A DNA stretch of 64,000 nucleotides from the IMG/VR virus record IMGVR_UViG_3300044632_001278, one strand, 5' to 3'. The translations under genes were made by a program, and so were the position numbers. Shown piece by piece: positions 1 through 10,700 of the stretch (the stretch's first letter is position 1; each line of letters starts with the position of its first letter). The notes below the pieces were generated by a model. It made no database searches, had not been told where the DNA came from, and saw nothing but the letters and a program-made list of their open reading frames with translations. Source of the DNA: a virus.

Positions 1-713
1 GCGTTAACGGCATAATGTAGTGGCATCCATCCATTCTTTTCATCTCTGCCATTGATTTTACCATCTTTATCAAAGAACGATTGTACACCTTCAAAATCTC
101 CTGTTTCTGCGCAGAAATGAATACTAACACCTCCTGCGGATTTAGCACCGTACTTATTCAATAACTTAACAATGTCACCTCTATTGGTATTGGATAGTAC
201 GTCAATAGGATTATTTTTACCCAAGAAATCTTTCTTGTTAACATCAGCTCCTCTTACAATTAGATATTCAACCAAGTGTTTTTGTCCGTAATTTACTGCA
301 TAATGTAGTGCGGTCCAACCTTTGCCAGCGTCAACTTCATTGATATCAAATCCCTTGTCTAACATTTCTTCAATAGAAACGATATCACCATTTTTTGCGG
401 CTAAATGGAAACTACTACCGCTACTGTATTTTGCACCTCTTTGTTGTAGTATTTCTGCGATATTTTTAAAACCTTTTTGTTCAGCTACATCCAGTGCTGT
501 ATTTTTACTGGTCCAATCTTTACAGTTGGGATCTGCACCGTGATTTAACAGTAGTTTTACGATTTCCACTTGATTTTCTTCTACAGCAACAACCAATGGT
601 GGATTGCCTGTATCATCGTCTCTTTGATTGACATCTACTTTTTCTTTTTCGATACAGTTGTAGACGTTATCGTATAACCCACGTTTGATGTGGGTAAAAA
701 TGTTAATAGCCAT
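1..713 (-). CDS. Ankyrin-repeat protein (3' end runs off the window; not in the ORF track)
   Basis: Hand translation from ATG at 713 is open to position 1: MAINIFTHIKRGLYDNV...GNPPLVVAVEENQVEIVKLLLNHGADPN...GWTALHYAVNYGQKHLVEYLIVRGADVN...GWMPLHYAVN. These are canonical ankyrin TPLHxA...LLxxGADVN units. Confidence 0.9.
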   Translation of the reverse strand, partial: MAINIFTHIKRGLYDNVYNCIEKEKVDVNQRDDDTGNPPLVVAVEENQVEIVKLLLNHGADPNCKDWTSKNTALDVAEQKGFKNIAEILQQRGAKYSSGSSFHLAAKNGDIVSIEEMLDKGFDINEVDAGKGWTALHYAVNYGQKHLVEYLIVRGADVNKKDFLGKNNPIDVLSNTNRGDIVKLLNKYGAKSAGGVSIHFCAETGDFEGVQSFFDKDGKINGRDEKNGWMPLHYAVN

Positions 714-728
714 AGTTTAATTAGTAAA

Positions 729-1106
729 TTAGTCTTTTTTGAAACGGCTTAAATCCAATTGAGGTAGTGGTTTTTCTATGTTTAGACCAGCTAGTCTTTC
801 ATTTTGGATAACTAATTTACTTCCGCCTACAACCTTACCATCTACTACGTCATATATGAAAAATACAGTTTTTGTAAGTCCCACACGAACAATTCTGCCG
901 GGTTTGCCATCAATATATACAACATCATCTTCTTTGTAATCGGACCCAATAAACATAAACAGTGCCGCGGCAAGTTTTTCAATGCTTGATTTAAACATTA
1001 GAATTACTAATCCCGCTACGAACATCCAGACATATTTGCCTGTCATATCTTGTGCGGTTGATTCTAGTACCTGTTGAGATATTACGTGTGCTGTATTTGT
1101 ATCCAT
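729..1106 (-). CDS. Small membrane protein with MscS (small mechanosensitive channel)-like TM and beta domain
   Basis: Hydrophobic helices followed by DYKEDDVVYIDGKPGRIVRVGLTKT...LVIQNERL, resembling the MscS signature GDxIxixgxxGxVxxIgxxxT...IPN. The ATG at 1106 is preferred as start. Confidence 0.55.
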   Translation of the reverse strand: MDTNTAHVISQQVLESTAQDMTGKYVWMFVAGLVILMFKSSIEKLAAALFMFIGSDYKEDDVVYIDGKPGRIVRVGLTKTVFFIYDVVDGKVVGGSKLVIQNERLAGLNIEKPLPQLDLSRFKKD

Positions 1107-1181
1107 AATCGTCTTTAGTTTATTAACACATAACATTTGTTAACAATCCAAAACAATTATATAATAAATATAAATATTAAT

Positions 1182-2147
1182 TTATTTAATCCACTTTTGT
1201 TCTTTTAGAATATCATCAATCAATTCTTTTTCGGAACTATCCATTTCTTTATCAAATCTTTTCAATACTTCAGTCAATGGATATACTCTATCAGGAGATT
1301 CTTTTTGTTTTTCTTTTAGTTCTTGAATTACATCAACTATTTTAACAAGTGGAGACTTGAATTCATCAACTTTGTCTTTTGAAGCGAAGTTAGCCAATTC
1401 AAATGCATGTGGAGTTAATGCTTTTACCAAACTTAGTAATCCAGAACCAATCATATTAAATATACTAAATGCTGCACCAGCTGCTGGATGTACTGTTGCT
1501 AATATTCTTAATATAACAAATACCACAACAAATATGATAATTGCGGTCATTGCACTAACAAAGAACTTTTTTAAACCCCAAAATACAGCATTAAGACCAA
1601 ACATACCACTCATAGCATCCAAAGTAGCCTTGCTTTGATCAGCTTCTTTTGCAATTTCTTTTGCTTTATCAGTCATTTGCCATAATTCATCGTCATACTT
1701 TTCTTTCAAAGCAGACTTTTCTTTTTGCAATTTGTTTATGATTTCGTCACGTTGTGATAGTAATTGATCACCCTTTTTTCTTTCCTCAGCAACTTGACTG
1801 TTTAATAAATCAACGGTAGCTTTTATACGTTTAATTTCATCTATGTGTGGTGATCCAACTATAGAAATTACACGTTCATTGAGTGATTTAGCAGTATCTA
1901 CTTGTACTGACGGGTTTGTTACTTGACTTAAAGAGTGTTGAATACCTATAGACAAAGACGATGCTTGTACACGTTTGCCTTTTTCTACTTTTTCCAACTC
2001 TACCATCGTATTATCTACTTTGGCTTCTTGTTTAGCAACAGCGTCTTGTGCAGTTGTAACTTGCTTCGCCGGTCTAACTTCAGACGAAATACAACCGGTT
2101 AGTATTAAAATTACGATGGTGTAAAACAGTTGTTTTTTAAAGTTCAT
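1182..2147 (-). CDS. Lipoprotein with long coiled coil and C-proximal TM segments (possible spanin-like lysis protein)
   Basis: Signal peptide with lipobox LTG-C19, about 160 aa of helical/coiled-coil sequence, then hydrophobic FFVSAMTAIIIFVVVFVILRILA and a second apolar stretch. Confidence 0.55.
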   Translation of the reverse strand: MNFKKQLFYTIVILILTGCISSEVRPAKQVTTAQDAVAKQEAKVDNTMVELEKVEKGKRVQASSLSIGIQHSLSQVTNPSVQVDTAKSLNERVISIVGSPHIDEIKRIKATVDLLNSQVAEERKKGDQLLSQRDEIINKLQKEKSALKEKYDDELWQMTDKAKEIAKEADQSKATLDAMSGMFGLNAVFWGLKKFFVSAMTAIIIFVVVFVILRILATVHPAAGAAFSIFNMIGSGLLSLVKALTPHAFELANFASKDKVDEFKSPLVKIVDVIQELKEKQKESPDRVYPLTEVLKRFDKEMDSSEKELIDDILKEQKWIK

Positions 2148-2192
2148 ATAATATAAATATTATTTTTTATAATAAAACTAATATTTATCAAT

Positions 2193-2801
2193 ATGATCAA
2201 ACTTAATGACTTAATAGAGAACGATTCGTTGTGTCCGATGGCACATCCTAAGAACATAGAACCAGTGATGAGTTCTTATTTACGTTATCATATTGACAAT
2301 AAAATTCCACTTAGCGAAAACATTTTTAGAACCTATAGTGAGTCTTATTTTGATTTAATCGAAGAAGTTCGTACTTTGTATTTTCAAAATTTAATAGAAT
2401 TGTGTGACGCTGACGCTGAATTGGTTGAAAGTGATTTGGGTAAAAAGGCTATATTTGAAGGTAGAGAAGTGTATTTGGATGCGCCTATCGAAGACGAAGA
2501 AGATTTATTGATGGAACTTAAGCATAGAGGACGCACTGTTAATTTAAGTAGACCATTTAGAACACCCGGCGGTCCTAAAAAATATGCTGTATATGTTAAA
2601 TCTAAGAATGGCAAAGTTAAAAAAGTAACATTTGGAGATCCAAATATGAGAAGCAGAGCTAGTAGCAAGGCTCGTCGTAAGAGTTTTGCAGCTAGACACA
2701 GATGTAGTCAAAAGAAAGATAGAACAACGGCTGGATATTGGAGTTGCAGAAGTCATAGAATGAAATCGTTGGGTAATAAAGGTAAAGGTAAATACTGGTA
2801 A
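2193..2801 (+). CDS. Conserved phage hypothetical protein with basic C-terminal domain (FGDPNM...RRKSFAARHRC...YWSC)
   Basis: ORF of 202 aa. The C-terminal motif recurs in large aquatic phages and has no known function. TATTTAT element upstream. Confidence 0.6.
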   Translation: MIKLNDLIENDSLCPMAHPKNIEPVMSSYLRYHIDNKIPLSENIFRTYSESYFDLIEEVRTLYFQNLIELCDADAELVESDLGKKAIFEGREVYLDAPIEDEEDLLMELKHRGRTVNLSRPFRTPGGPKKYAVYVKSKNGKVKKVTFGDPNMRSRASSKARRKSFAARHRCSQKKDRTTAGYWSCRSHRMKSLGNKGKGKYW

Positions 2802-3067
2802 TGAGTCTACCGTTTATAGAAAACCCACTGGGTAACAGTCAGTATATAAGAGAATTTAGTTCCGATGTAGCTACTCACGAACTGGAATGGCATATAGATC
2901 GTGAAGACAGAACCGTTGAAGTTATAGAAAATAACAATTGGCACTTTCAATTAGATAATAATTTACCACAATTACTTAAAGAAACAATATTTATACCTAA
3001 AGAAACATACCACCGTGTAATAAAAGGCACAGGTAATCTAAAAGTAAGAATAACAAAACACATATGA
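2801..3067 (+). CDS. Small cupin-fold protein
   Basis: WHIDREDR...IFIPKETYHRVIKG cupin His motifs. TAATG stop-start coupling with the upstream gene. Confidence 0.6.
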   Translation: MSLPFIENPLGNSQYIREFSSDVATHELEWHIDREDRTVEVIENNNWHFQLDNNLPQLLKETIFIPKETYHRVIKGTGNLKVRITKHI

Positions 3068-4383
3068 AATTTATTGATTTATTAACAGAAGTTAAAATGT
3101 ACGAAACACTTGGGTTACCTGATGACAGTATTATCCCACTAGATACGTTTGTATGTGAATGTAAAAATTGCGTAAATCAATCTCTATATGAAGCTATAAA
3201 TGATACCGATAACAATTTAAAGATATGTTTGACTGAAGCGAACAAAAAGGAGCCTATTAGTTTTGAGTTGGCCGAATTAATGAAGAATATTGCCCGAGAC
3301 ACTCAAGGAAGATTAAAACTGTTGAGTGTATTAAACGATCCAAAAACACTGAAGTCTTTCTTAGATGACAAAGGATATTTGACTGCAATTTTATATTTGG
3401 CTCCCTCTGATTCATCAGGTCACGAAGTGTGTCCAAAGAAAAGTCCGGAATGTAACGCTGGTTGTTTGAATTTTGCTGGTAACCCTGCATATCTAAAAGC
3501 AAAATTAGCAGCAAGAGCTAGAAAAACTCGTTGGTTGTTTGGTGACAAATTGACATCTGATGAGATGAAAAATATTCCTACAGATCCAAAAATTATAGAT
3601 AGATTTTATGGCAAAGGTAGACCCGGACCCGAAGGTAAACGTGGTAGAATATTGAATCCAATGCGTCCTGAAGACTTCATTGAAAGATTGCAAATTGAAA
3701 TGGAGTTTTTGAAAAAAGTGGCTGCTAAATACAATTTAAAGTTATCGGTTAGATTAAACGGTACGAGCGATCTTGATTTTCATAAAAAATTGGAAAGTTG
3801 GAAATCTGCAAATCCAGATGTTAAATTTTATGACTATACAGCCGTGTTTAAATGGGCAATGCAAAGTCTTGAAGATCCTTCAAAACCACATATGACTTTT
3901 TCAAGAAAAGAAACTTTACAAAACAATATAGAATGTGAAAAATATTTGAAGGCTGGTGGTAATATTTCCGCAATATTTGATGAATTACCAGAATATTATC
4001 GTGGTTATAAAGTAATTGATGCAGATAGAACCGATTTGAGATTTTTAGACGATAGTGATCGACCAATTGATCCTGATACAGGTAAACCCGTGGGTGTAAT
4101 CGCCGGATTAAAGATGAAGGGATTTAGATTAAAAGACGCATTTGCCTTGGGTATAATACAAAATAAGGGACCAGAAGATACATTCGTAATAAGAACCAAG
4201 GAATTGAGGAAAAGATTTGGAGATAAGTATTTTACACAAAAAATTCATTGGGGTGATCGCGCACCAACAGAGCCAAACAATATTACTGCTAAACAGATCT
4301 ATAAAGATAAAATCAAGAATTATTTAAATAAAATATCAAGTAAATTGAAAGGTACAGCTGATAAAACGGATGAAAAAATATGA
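3064..4383 (+). CDS. Gp88-like (mycobacteriophage gp88 family) Cys-motif, radical-SAM-like protein
   Basis: LYLAP...CPKKSPECNAGCL (Cx6Cx3C), VRLNGTSD, FYDYT, DLRFLD and GLKMKG motifs characteristic of this family. Confidence 0.65.
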   Translation: MKFIDLLTEVKMYETLGLPDDSIIPLDTFVCECKNCVNQSLYEAINDTDNNLKICLTEANKKEPISFELAELMKNIARDTQGRLKLLSVLNDPKTLKSFLDDKGYLTAILYLAPSDSSGHEVCPKKSPECNAGCLNFAGNPAYLKAKLAARARKTRWLFGDKLTSDEMKNIPTDPKIIDRFYGKGRPGPEGKRGRILNPMRPEDFIERLQIEMEFLKKVAAKYNLKLSVRLNGTSDLDFHKKLESWKSANPDVKFYDYTAVFKWAMQSLEDPSKPHMTFSRKETLQNNIECEKYLKAGGNISAIFDELPEYYRGYKVIDADRTDLRFLDDSDRPIDPDTGKPVGVIAGLKMKGFRLKDAFALGIIQNKGPEDTFVIRTKELRKRFGDKYFTQKIHWGDRAPTEPNNITAKQIYKDKIKNYLNKISSKLKGTADKTDEKI

Positions 4384-4440
4384 TATGTGAATTAACAAAT
4401 TATAAACTGTATATTTTTGTTGTTTAGATATTTATAATTA

Positions 4441-5670
4441 ATGAGTGCTAATTTAGATCAAGATAGGGTAAGATGGCCTGGGAGTGGTAGTAGTGTTACT
4501 CAAAACACTGTGCCATTTGGTTATTACTTAAGCGAAAGTTGTAACACAGGATCTGGCGAAACTACTTTTGAAAATGATTGTAGTAGTAGTGCTATGTGGG
4601 CAGCAAAACGTTTGGGTTATCCTATTGTCGATATTGAAATGATCGATGTTAATTTTTATGCCTGTTTTGAAGAATCTGTATTGGAATATAACCGTGTAGT
4701 TAACGAATTCAACATCGTTAATAATATGGTAAATTTACAAGGATTACCACAAAACCAATACAAAAATTTAACAGGTCTAGGAGTAAAAAGTACAGGATTG
4801 CCTTTTATAATTCAATTGAGCAAACAATATGGTGCAGAAGCACTTGTTGGTGGCGAATATGAAGTTAAACGCAATTATATTACTGTCAGTGGCAGTGTTA
4901 ATCCAAGCAGCACACAACAAGTTTATGACTTAAATCAATTGATTGGTAAAGATATTGAACACTTGACAGGCTCTCGTATCGAAGTTAAACGTGTATTTCA
5001 CCAAAGACCGCCAGCAATTGCTCGTATTTATGATCCGTTTAGTATGACTGGTATGAGTTATAGTAACGTACTAACAGAAATGGGATTTAGCGCATACAGT
5101 CCTGCTACACAATTCTTAATGACTCCGATCTTTGAAGACTTGGAACGTGTACAAGCTATTGAGTTTAATGATATGGTTCGTAAAAGCGCATATAGTTTTG
5201 AAATTCTAGGTAATAATAAGTTGAGAATATTTCCAATTCCAACCGACAATTTCAAAGTTTATATAGATTATATAGTTGAAAGTGAACGTGATATTACCAA
5301 CTTTTATAGTGGATCTCGTTATGAATACATTAGCGATCCAAGTGATATACCATACGAATACTGTACATATTGTAAGATAAATCAACCAGGCAAACAGTGG
5401 ATCAAGAAATATTTCTTGGCTTTGTGCAAAGAAACATTGGGACGTATATTACAAAAATATAGTACAGTACCAATTCCAGGTGGCGAAGTAACTCTTGACG
5501 GTGCGGAGTTACGTTCTGAAGCCAAGGAGGAAAAAGACACATTGCTTGATAAATTGAGAGATATGTTGGAAAAAACCTTGCGAGTCAATCAATTGGAAAA
5601 TAAAGGTAAGGAAAGCGAAGAAATGAATAAGATGCTTTCCAGAGTACCACTACACATTTATATAGGATAA
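4441..5670 (+). CDS. Neck / head-tail adaptor protein (T4 gp13-like)
   Basis: RLGYPIVDIE N-terminal motif and WIKKYFLALCKETLGRILQKY..VPIPGGEVTLDG C-terminal motif. First gene of a gp13-14-15-like block. Confidence 0.8.
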   Translation: MSANLDQDRVRWPGSGSSVTQNTVPFGYYLSESCNTGSGETTFENDCSSSAMWAAKRLGYPIVDIEMIDVNFYACFEESVLEYNRVVNEFNIVNNMVNLQGLPQNQYKNLTGLGVKSTGLPFIIQLSKQYGAEALVGGEYEVKRNYITVSGSVNPSSTQQVYDLNQLIGKDIEHLTGSRIEVKRVFHQRPPAIARIYDPFSMTGMSYSNVLTEMGFSAYSPATQFLMTPIFEDLERVQAIEFNDMVRKSAYSFEILGNNKLRIFPIPTDNFKVYIDYIVESERDITNFYSGSRYEYISDPSDIPYEYCTYCKINQPGKQWIKKYFLALCKETLGRILQKYSTVPIPGGEVTLDGAELRSEAKEEKDTLLDKLRDMLEKTLRVNQLENKGKESEEMNKMLSRVPLHIYIG

Positions 5671-5673
5671 TTT

Positions 5674-6243
5674 ATGGCAGCACCTGTATCACCACAATAC
5701 CCTAAACAAAATCCAGCTTTTAAGCAATACTGGACATCTACACGTAAAGATGTGGGTATTTATAACAATAATTATTCTCCCGGTAGATACTTTTCTCCAA
5801 GAGATATAAATTTTTTGGGAAGTGTTAATTCTGAATTAATCGGTGATATAATCGAATGCGTTGTACAAGTATTTAAAATTGCAGCTTATGAAACCAATAC
5901 CAATATCTACGGTGAAAGCAGTAGTGACAAGGGTAAGGTTTTTTACTCTGGTATAGACTTGAGTTGTTTGGTGCAACGTGAAGACATTAACACAGAAAAT
6001 CAAGGATATGGACCTGATAGAAAACAAGATATTGTTTACAGATTTAGAGAACGTGATTGTATTACCACGAACTATTTCCCAGAAATTGGCGATTTGGTGC
6101 TTTACAATGAACGTTATTATGAAATTGATAACGTAGTTCAAGAACAATTCTTGGGTGGTCATCCTGATAAGTCTTGGAGTTTGATTGTTAATACTCATTA
6201 CACAAGACTAAGCAAAATTAACCTAGTAGAAAGACAAACATAA
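5674..6243 (+). CDS. Head closure / neck protein (T4 gp14-like)
   Basis: NIYGES...PEIGDLVLYNERYYEIDNV motif and synteny after the gp13-like gene. Confidence 0.7.
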   Translation: MAAPVSPQYPKQNPAFKQYWTSTRKDVGIYNNNYSPGRYFSPRDINFLGSVNSELIGDIIECVVQVFKIAAYETNTNIYGESSSDKGKVFYSGIDLSCLVQREDINTENQGYGPDRKQDIVYRFRERDCITTNYFPEIGDLVLYNERYYEIDNVVQEQFLGGHPDKSWSLIVNTHYTRLSKINLVERQT

Positions 6244-6246
6244 TTT

Positions 6247-7635
6247 ATGTCTTGGGGTCCAAATACTAATACAAATCCGCCACCAAATCCTATTGAAAAC
6301 GCATCTGCGCAATCAGATGTTAAAAAGTTCTATAATAGAGCCAACGCAACTCGTCGTGATACAGATAAACAAAAGAATTTTACTGTAACGTTATTGGACG
6401 TTGATACAGCTATTATCAACACATTAGATAGTACTTTAAGACTACAAGTAAACGATAATGGTGAAGTTGTCAAGGTGCCAATTATATATGGCAATCCAGA
6501 AAGATGGTTTGCTATGAAAAAGTTTGGTCATATCAGAGACAATCAAGGCAAAATATTGTTGCCAGCTGTTATGATTCGTAGAAAAAGTGTAGAAAATAAC
6601 AAAGATCTTGCAACATTTAATCGTTATTTGAGTTATGAAACCATAATGAATTATAGCGAGAAAAACAAATATGACAGATTTGATTTGATGAACAAAGGTG
6701 CGTTTGCAAGCAAGCCAACCAAACAAATTTACAGTGTAAGTTTACCAGTTCAAGTAAATATTACATACGAATGTATCATTTGGACTGATTATGTAGATCA
6801 AAACAATAAGCTGTTGGAACAAATCAATTATGCAGCTAAAGATTACTGGGGAGACGCAGAAAGATTTAAGTTCAGAGCCAGAATAGACAGTTATAGCATC
6901 GAACAAGAAATCAATGAAGGTGAAGATCGTAATATCAAAACATCATTTGATATAAATGTCAATGCATATTTGTTAAATGAAAATTACATAACAAATTTAG
7001 ACGGGGTAAAAAATACCACTCAAAAGCTATTTACAGTAAGAAAAGTAATGTTGCAAGAAAATGCAATTGCTAGTGCAGGTGAAATGGAAAACATTTCAAA
7101 CAATATTATTAAGAATAGCAACAATTTAAAAGATAGTCCATTGGATTACACAGATGTAACAGGTCAAGGTACAATGGCACTAAACGTAAATAAAGTAACA
7201 AATTTAGACGGATATAATAAAATACAACCCAGTTTTGAAGGTGTTACCAAAACACCATTTCATCCAGCTCCAAAATCTATCACCGATTATGGAGAAAATG
7301 GTTGGTTAGCATATGATTCTAAATATATCTATGTTTATCAATATCCAGCGGGGTGGTTAAAAAGAGAAATTGCTACATTTGATTATGACTATAATAGTCA
7401 AACCTATATCAGTGGATACGATTGCAATGGCAATCCTATTTACACAACTGCAAATAAAAGACCAATAAATACCGCTTTTAGAGTATTTCAAAGATTTCCT
7501 GACAAATTCTATCATCAAGTACCATATCAATCATCAGATTATGGTGAAGATGGTTGGGTAAGCTACGACGGTAATTATTTTTATATATACAGCGCAGGAC
7601 AGTGGAGAAGAATACCAATTTCTCTATTTAATTAA
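6247..7635 (+). CDS. Tail terminator / sheath stabiliser (T4 gp15-like) with C-terminal repeat extension
   Basis: KVPIIYGNPERW and PVQVNITYECIIWT motifs, plus synteny. The C-terminus has two copies of P..S.DYGE.GW..YD..Y.Y.Y...W.R. Confidence 0.7.
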   Translation: MSWGPNTNTNPPPNPIENASAQSDVKKFYNRANATRRDTDKQKNFTVTLLDVDTAIINTLDSTLRLQVNDNGEVVKVPIIYGNPERWFAMKKFGHIRDNQGKILLPAVMIRRKSVENNKDLATFNRYLSYETIMNYSEKNKYDRFDLMNKGAFASKPTKQIYSVSLPVQVNITYECIIWTDYVDQNNKLLEQINYAAKDYWGDAERFKFRARIDSYSIEQEINEGEDRNIKTSFDINVNAYLLNENYITNLDGVKNTTQKLFTVRKVMLQENAIASAGEMENISNNIIKNSNNLKDSPLDYTDVTGQGTMALNVNKVTNLDGYNKIQPSFEGVTKTPFHPAPKSITDYGENGWLAYDSKYIYVYQYPAGWLKREIATFDYDYNSQTYISGYDCNGNPIYTTANKRPINTAFRVFQRFPDKFYHQVPYQSSDYGEDGWVSYDGNYFYIYSAGQWRRIPISLFN

Positions 7636-7704
7636 ATATAATTAATATTTATGTTTTTAACACTTACACGGTGTTACTTAACCGTATCGTTATATTTATA
7701 AGAA

Positions 7705-10700
7705 ATGTCAACATTAAAGAAAGATCCATGCGAGGTTTCTCCAATAAAATTGGATAATGCTCTGTATGATTATAAAAAATTAACAGCGACTTTTAAAGAT
7801 CCTACCACAGAGCTGTTTCTTAAAATAATCGACGAATTACGTAAAATTATTTATTGTCGAACCAGTTCTCAGTTTTTCAACAATGTTGCTACTAAACAAA
7901 TACCATGCGATCAAAAATCAAAAACTTGGGTATTTGATCATAATTTAAACTCAGATCTAGTATTAATTCAAACATACGACGAGAATTTCAATCAATTAAT
8001 ACCAGAAACAATAGTACTCAATAATGATAATACCGCAACCATAACTTTTTCGTTTGATGCATGCGGATACATCATAGGTGTAAGCGGTAATATCAGCACC
8101 AGTGGTACTTCAGGCACAGGCACCAGTGGTAGTAGTGGTAGTAGCGGAGAAAAAGGATCAGCTGGATCAAGCGGAACAAGCAATACAAGCGGCACAAGCG
8201 GTACAAGCACATCTTCAGGTACCAGTGGTAGTCAAGGCACAAGCGGTACAAATGGTGAGGGTGGTAGTAGCGGTCAAAGTGGCGATATAGGAACCAGTGG
8301 AACTAGTGGAGAAAATGGAAGCAGTGGTACAAGCGGTAGTAGTGGTTTATTAGATGGATCAAGCGGATCAAGTGGTACAAGTACTACAAGCGGTACAACC
8401 GGCACAAGTGGCACAAGAGGATCAAGCGGTAGATCAGGCACCAGTGGAAGCAGCGGAACAAGTGGTAGTAGCGGAACAAGTGGTACTAGTGGTACAAGTG
8501 GTACCAGTGGTACAAGTGGCACAAACGGTACTAGTGGTAGCAGTGGCACCAGTGGTACAAGCGGATCTAGTGGCACAAGTGGTACAAATGGATCAAGTGG
8601 TACAAGTGGTAGCAGCGGATCAAGTGGTACAAGTGGATCAAGTGGTACAAGTGGTACAAGCGGATCTAGTGGCACCAGTGGTACTAGTGGTACGAGTGGT
8701 ACCAGTGGGTCAAGTGGATCGAGCGGATCTAGTGGCACAAGTGGCACATCTGGTATAAGTGGAAGCAGTGGTTCAAACGGCACAAGCGGCACAAATGGCA
8801 CCAGTGGCACAAGTGGTACTAGTGGAACAAGTGGTACAAGTGGTACAAGCGGTACAAGTGGATCATCTGGTAATAGTGGATCATCCGGTAGTAATGGGAC
8901 AAATGGCACCAGTGGTACAAGCGGCACAAGTGGTACAAGCGGTACTAGTGGTACAAGCGGAACAAGTGGTACAAGTGGTACAAGCGGTACAAGCGGTACT
9001 AGTGGATCAAGTGGATCAAGTGGGTCAAGTGGATCAAATGGTACAAACGGCACTAATGGTACAAATGGCACTAGTGGTACAAGCGGCACTAGCGGTACAA
9101 GTGGTACCAGTGGTACAAGTGGATCAAGTGGGTCAAGTGGGTCAAGTGGGTCAAGTGGATCAAGTGGATCTAATGGAACAAATGGTACCAGTGGTACAAA
9201 TGGTACCAGTGGTACTAGCGGAACAAGTGGTACAAGCGGTACTAGCGGATCAAGTGGTTCAAGTGGTTCAAGTGGGTTAAGTGGTTCAAGTGGTTCATCT
9301 GGTACTAGCGGATCGTCTGGCAGTAGCGGAACAAGTGGATCTAATGGCACAAACGGCACAAGTGGTACTAGCGGCACAAGTGGTACTAGCGGCACAAGTG
9401 GTACTAGCGGCACAAGTGGATCAAGTGGATCAAGTGGTACTAGTGGATCAAATGGTACAAGCGGATCTAACGGCACAAATGGCACAAGTGGATCAAATGG
9501 TACAAGTGGAACGAGTGGTACAAGCGGTACAAGTGGTAGTAGTGGAACAAGTGGTACAAGTGGTAGTAGTGGAACAAGTGGATCAAATGGCACAAGTGGT
9601 ACTAGCGGATCAAACGGCACAAGTGGATCTAATGGCACAAGTGGTACTAGTGGTACAAGCGGTACTAGTGGTACAAGCGGTACTAGTGGATCGAGTGGAT
9701 CAAGTGGATCAAGTGGATTAAGCGGTTCAAGTGGATCATCTGGTACTAGCGGATCAAGTGGATCATCTGGTACCAGCGGATCCAATGGAACGAATGGAAC
9801 AAGTGGATCGTCCGGTACTAGCGGATCAAGTGGATCGTCTGGTACTAGCGGATCAAGTGGATCATCCGGTACAAGTGGATCTAATGGAACAAGTGGTACT
9901 AGCGGATCTAACGGTACCAGTGGTAGCAGTGGCACAAGTGGTACAAGCGGATCAAGTGGTACTAGCGGTACAAGTGGATCAAGTGGATCAAGTGGTTCAA
10001 GTGGTTCAAGCGGATCAAGTGGCAGTAGTGGTACTAGTGGATCAAACGGTACTAGTGGTACAAGCGGTACAAACGGTACTAGTGGTTCAAGTGGTTCAAG
10101 TGGATTAAGTGGATCAAGTGGATCATCTGGTACAAGCGGATCAAGCGGTAGTAGTGGATCATCTGGTACAAGCGGATCTAATGGTACAAGCGGTAGTAGT
10201 GGATCAAATGGTACCAGTGGCACAAGTGGCACAAGTGGTACAAGTGGATCTAATGGTACAAGCGGTAGTAGTGGCACAAGCGGTAGTAGTGGATCATCTG
10301 GAACAAGTGGATCTAATGGCACAAGCGGTACAAGTGGTAGCAGTGGATCTTCTGGTATAAGTGGTAGTAGTGGAACGAGTGGCACAAGCGGTAGTAGTGG
10401 AACAAGTGGTAGTAGTGGATCAAATGGCACAAGCGGATCAAATGGTACTAATGGTACTAACGGTACTAACGGTACAAGTGGTACATCTGGTAGTAGTGGA
10501 ACAAGTGGTACTAGTGGAACAAGTGGATCATCTGGAACAAGCGGATCTAATGGTACAAGTGGAACAAGTGGGTCAAACGGTACAAGCGGTAGTAGTGGAA
10601 CAAGCGGTACTAGTGGTACTAGTGGCACAAGTGGTACTAGTGGCACAAGTGGTACTAGTGGATCATCTGGTATAAGTGGAACAAGCGGATCAAACGGCAC

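Noticed and set aside
322-543. 73-aa plus-strand ORF and similar short antisense ORFs throughout the track
   Set aside because: They lie antisense to or overlap well-supported genes (here the ankyrin gene) and have no motifs or signals.
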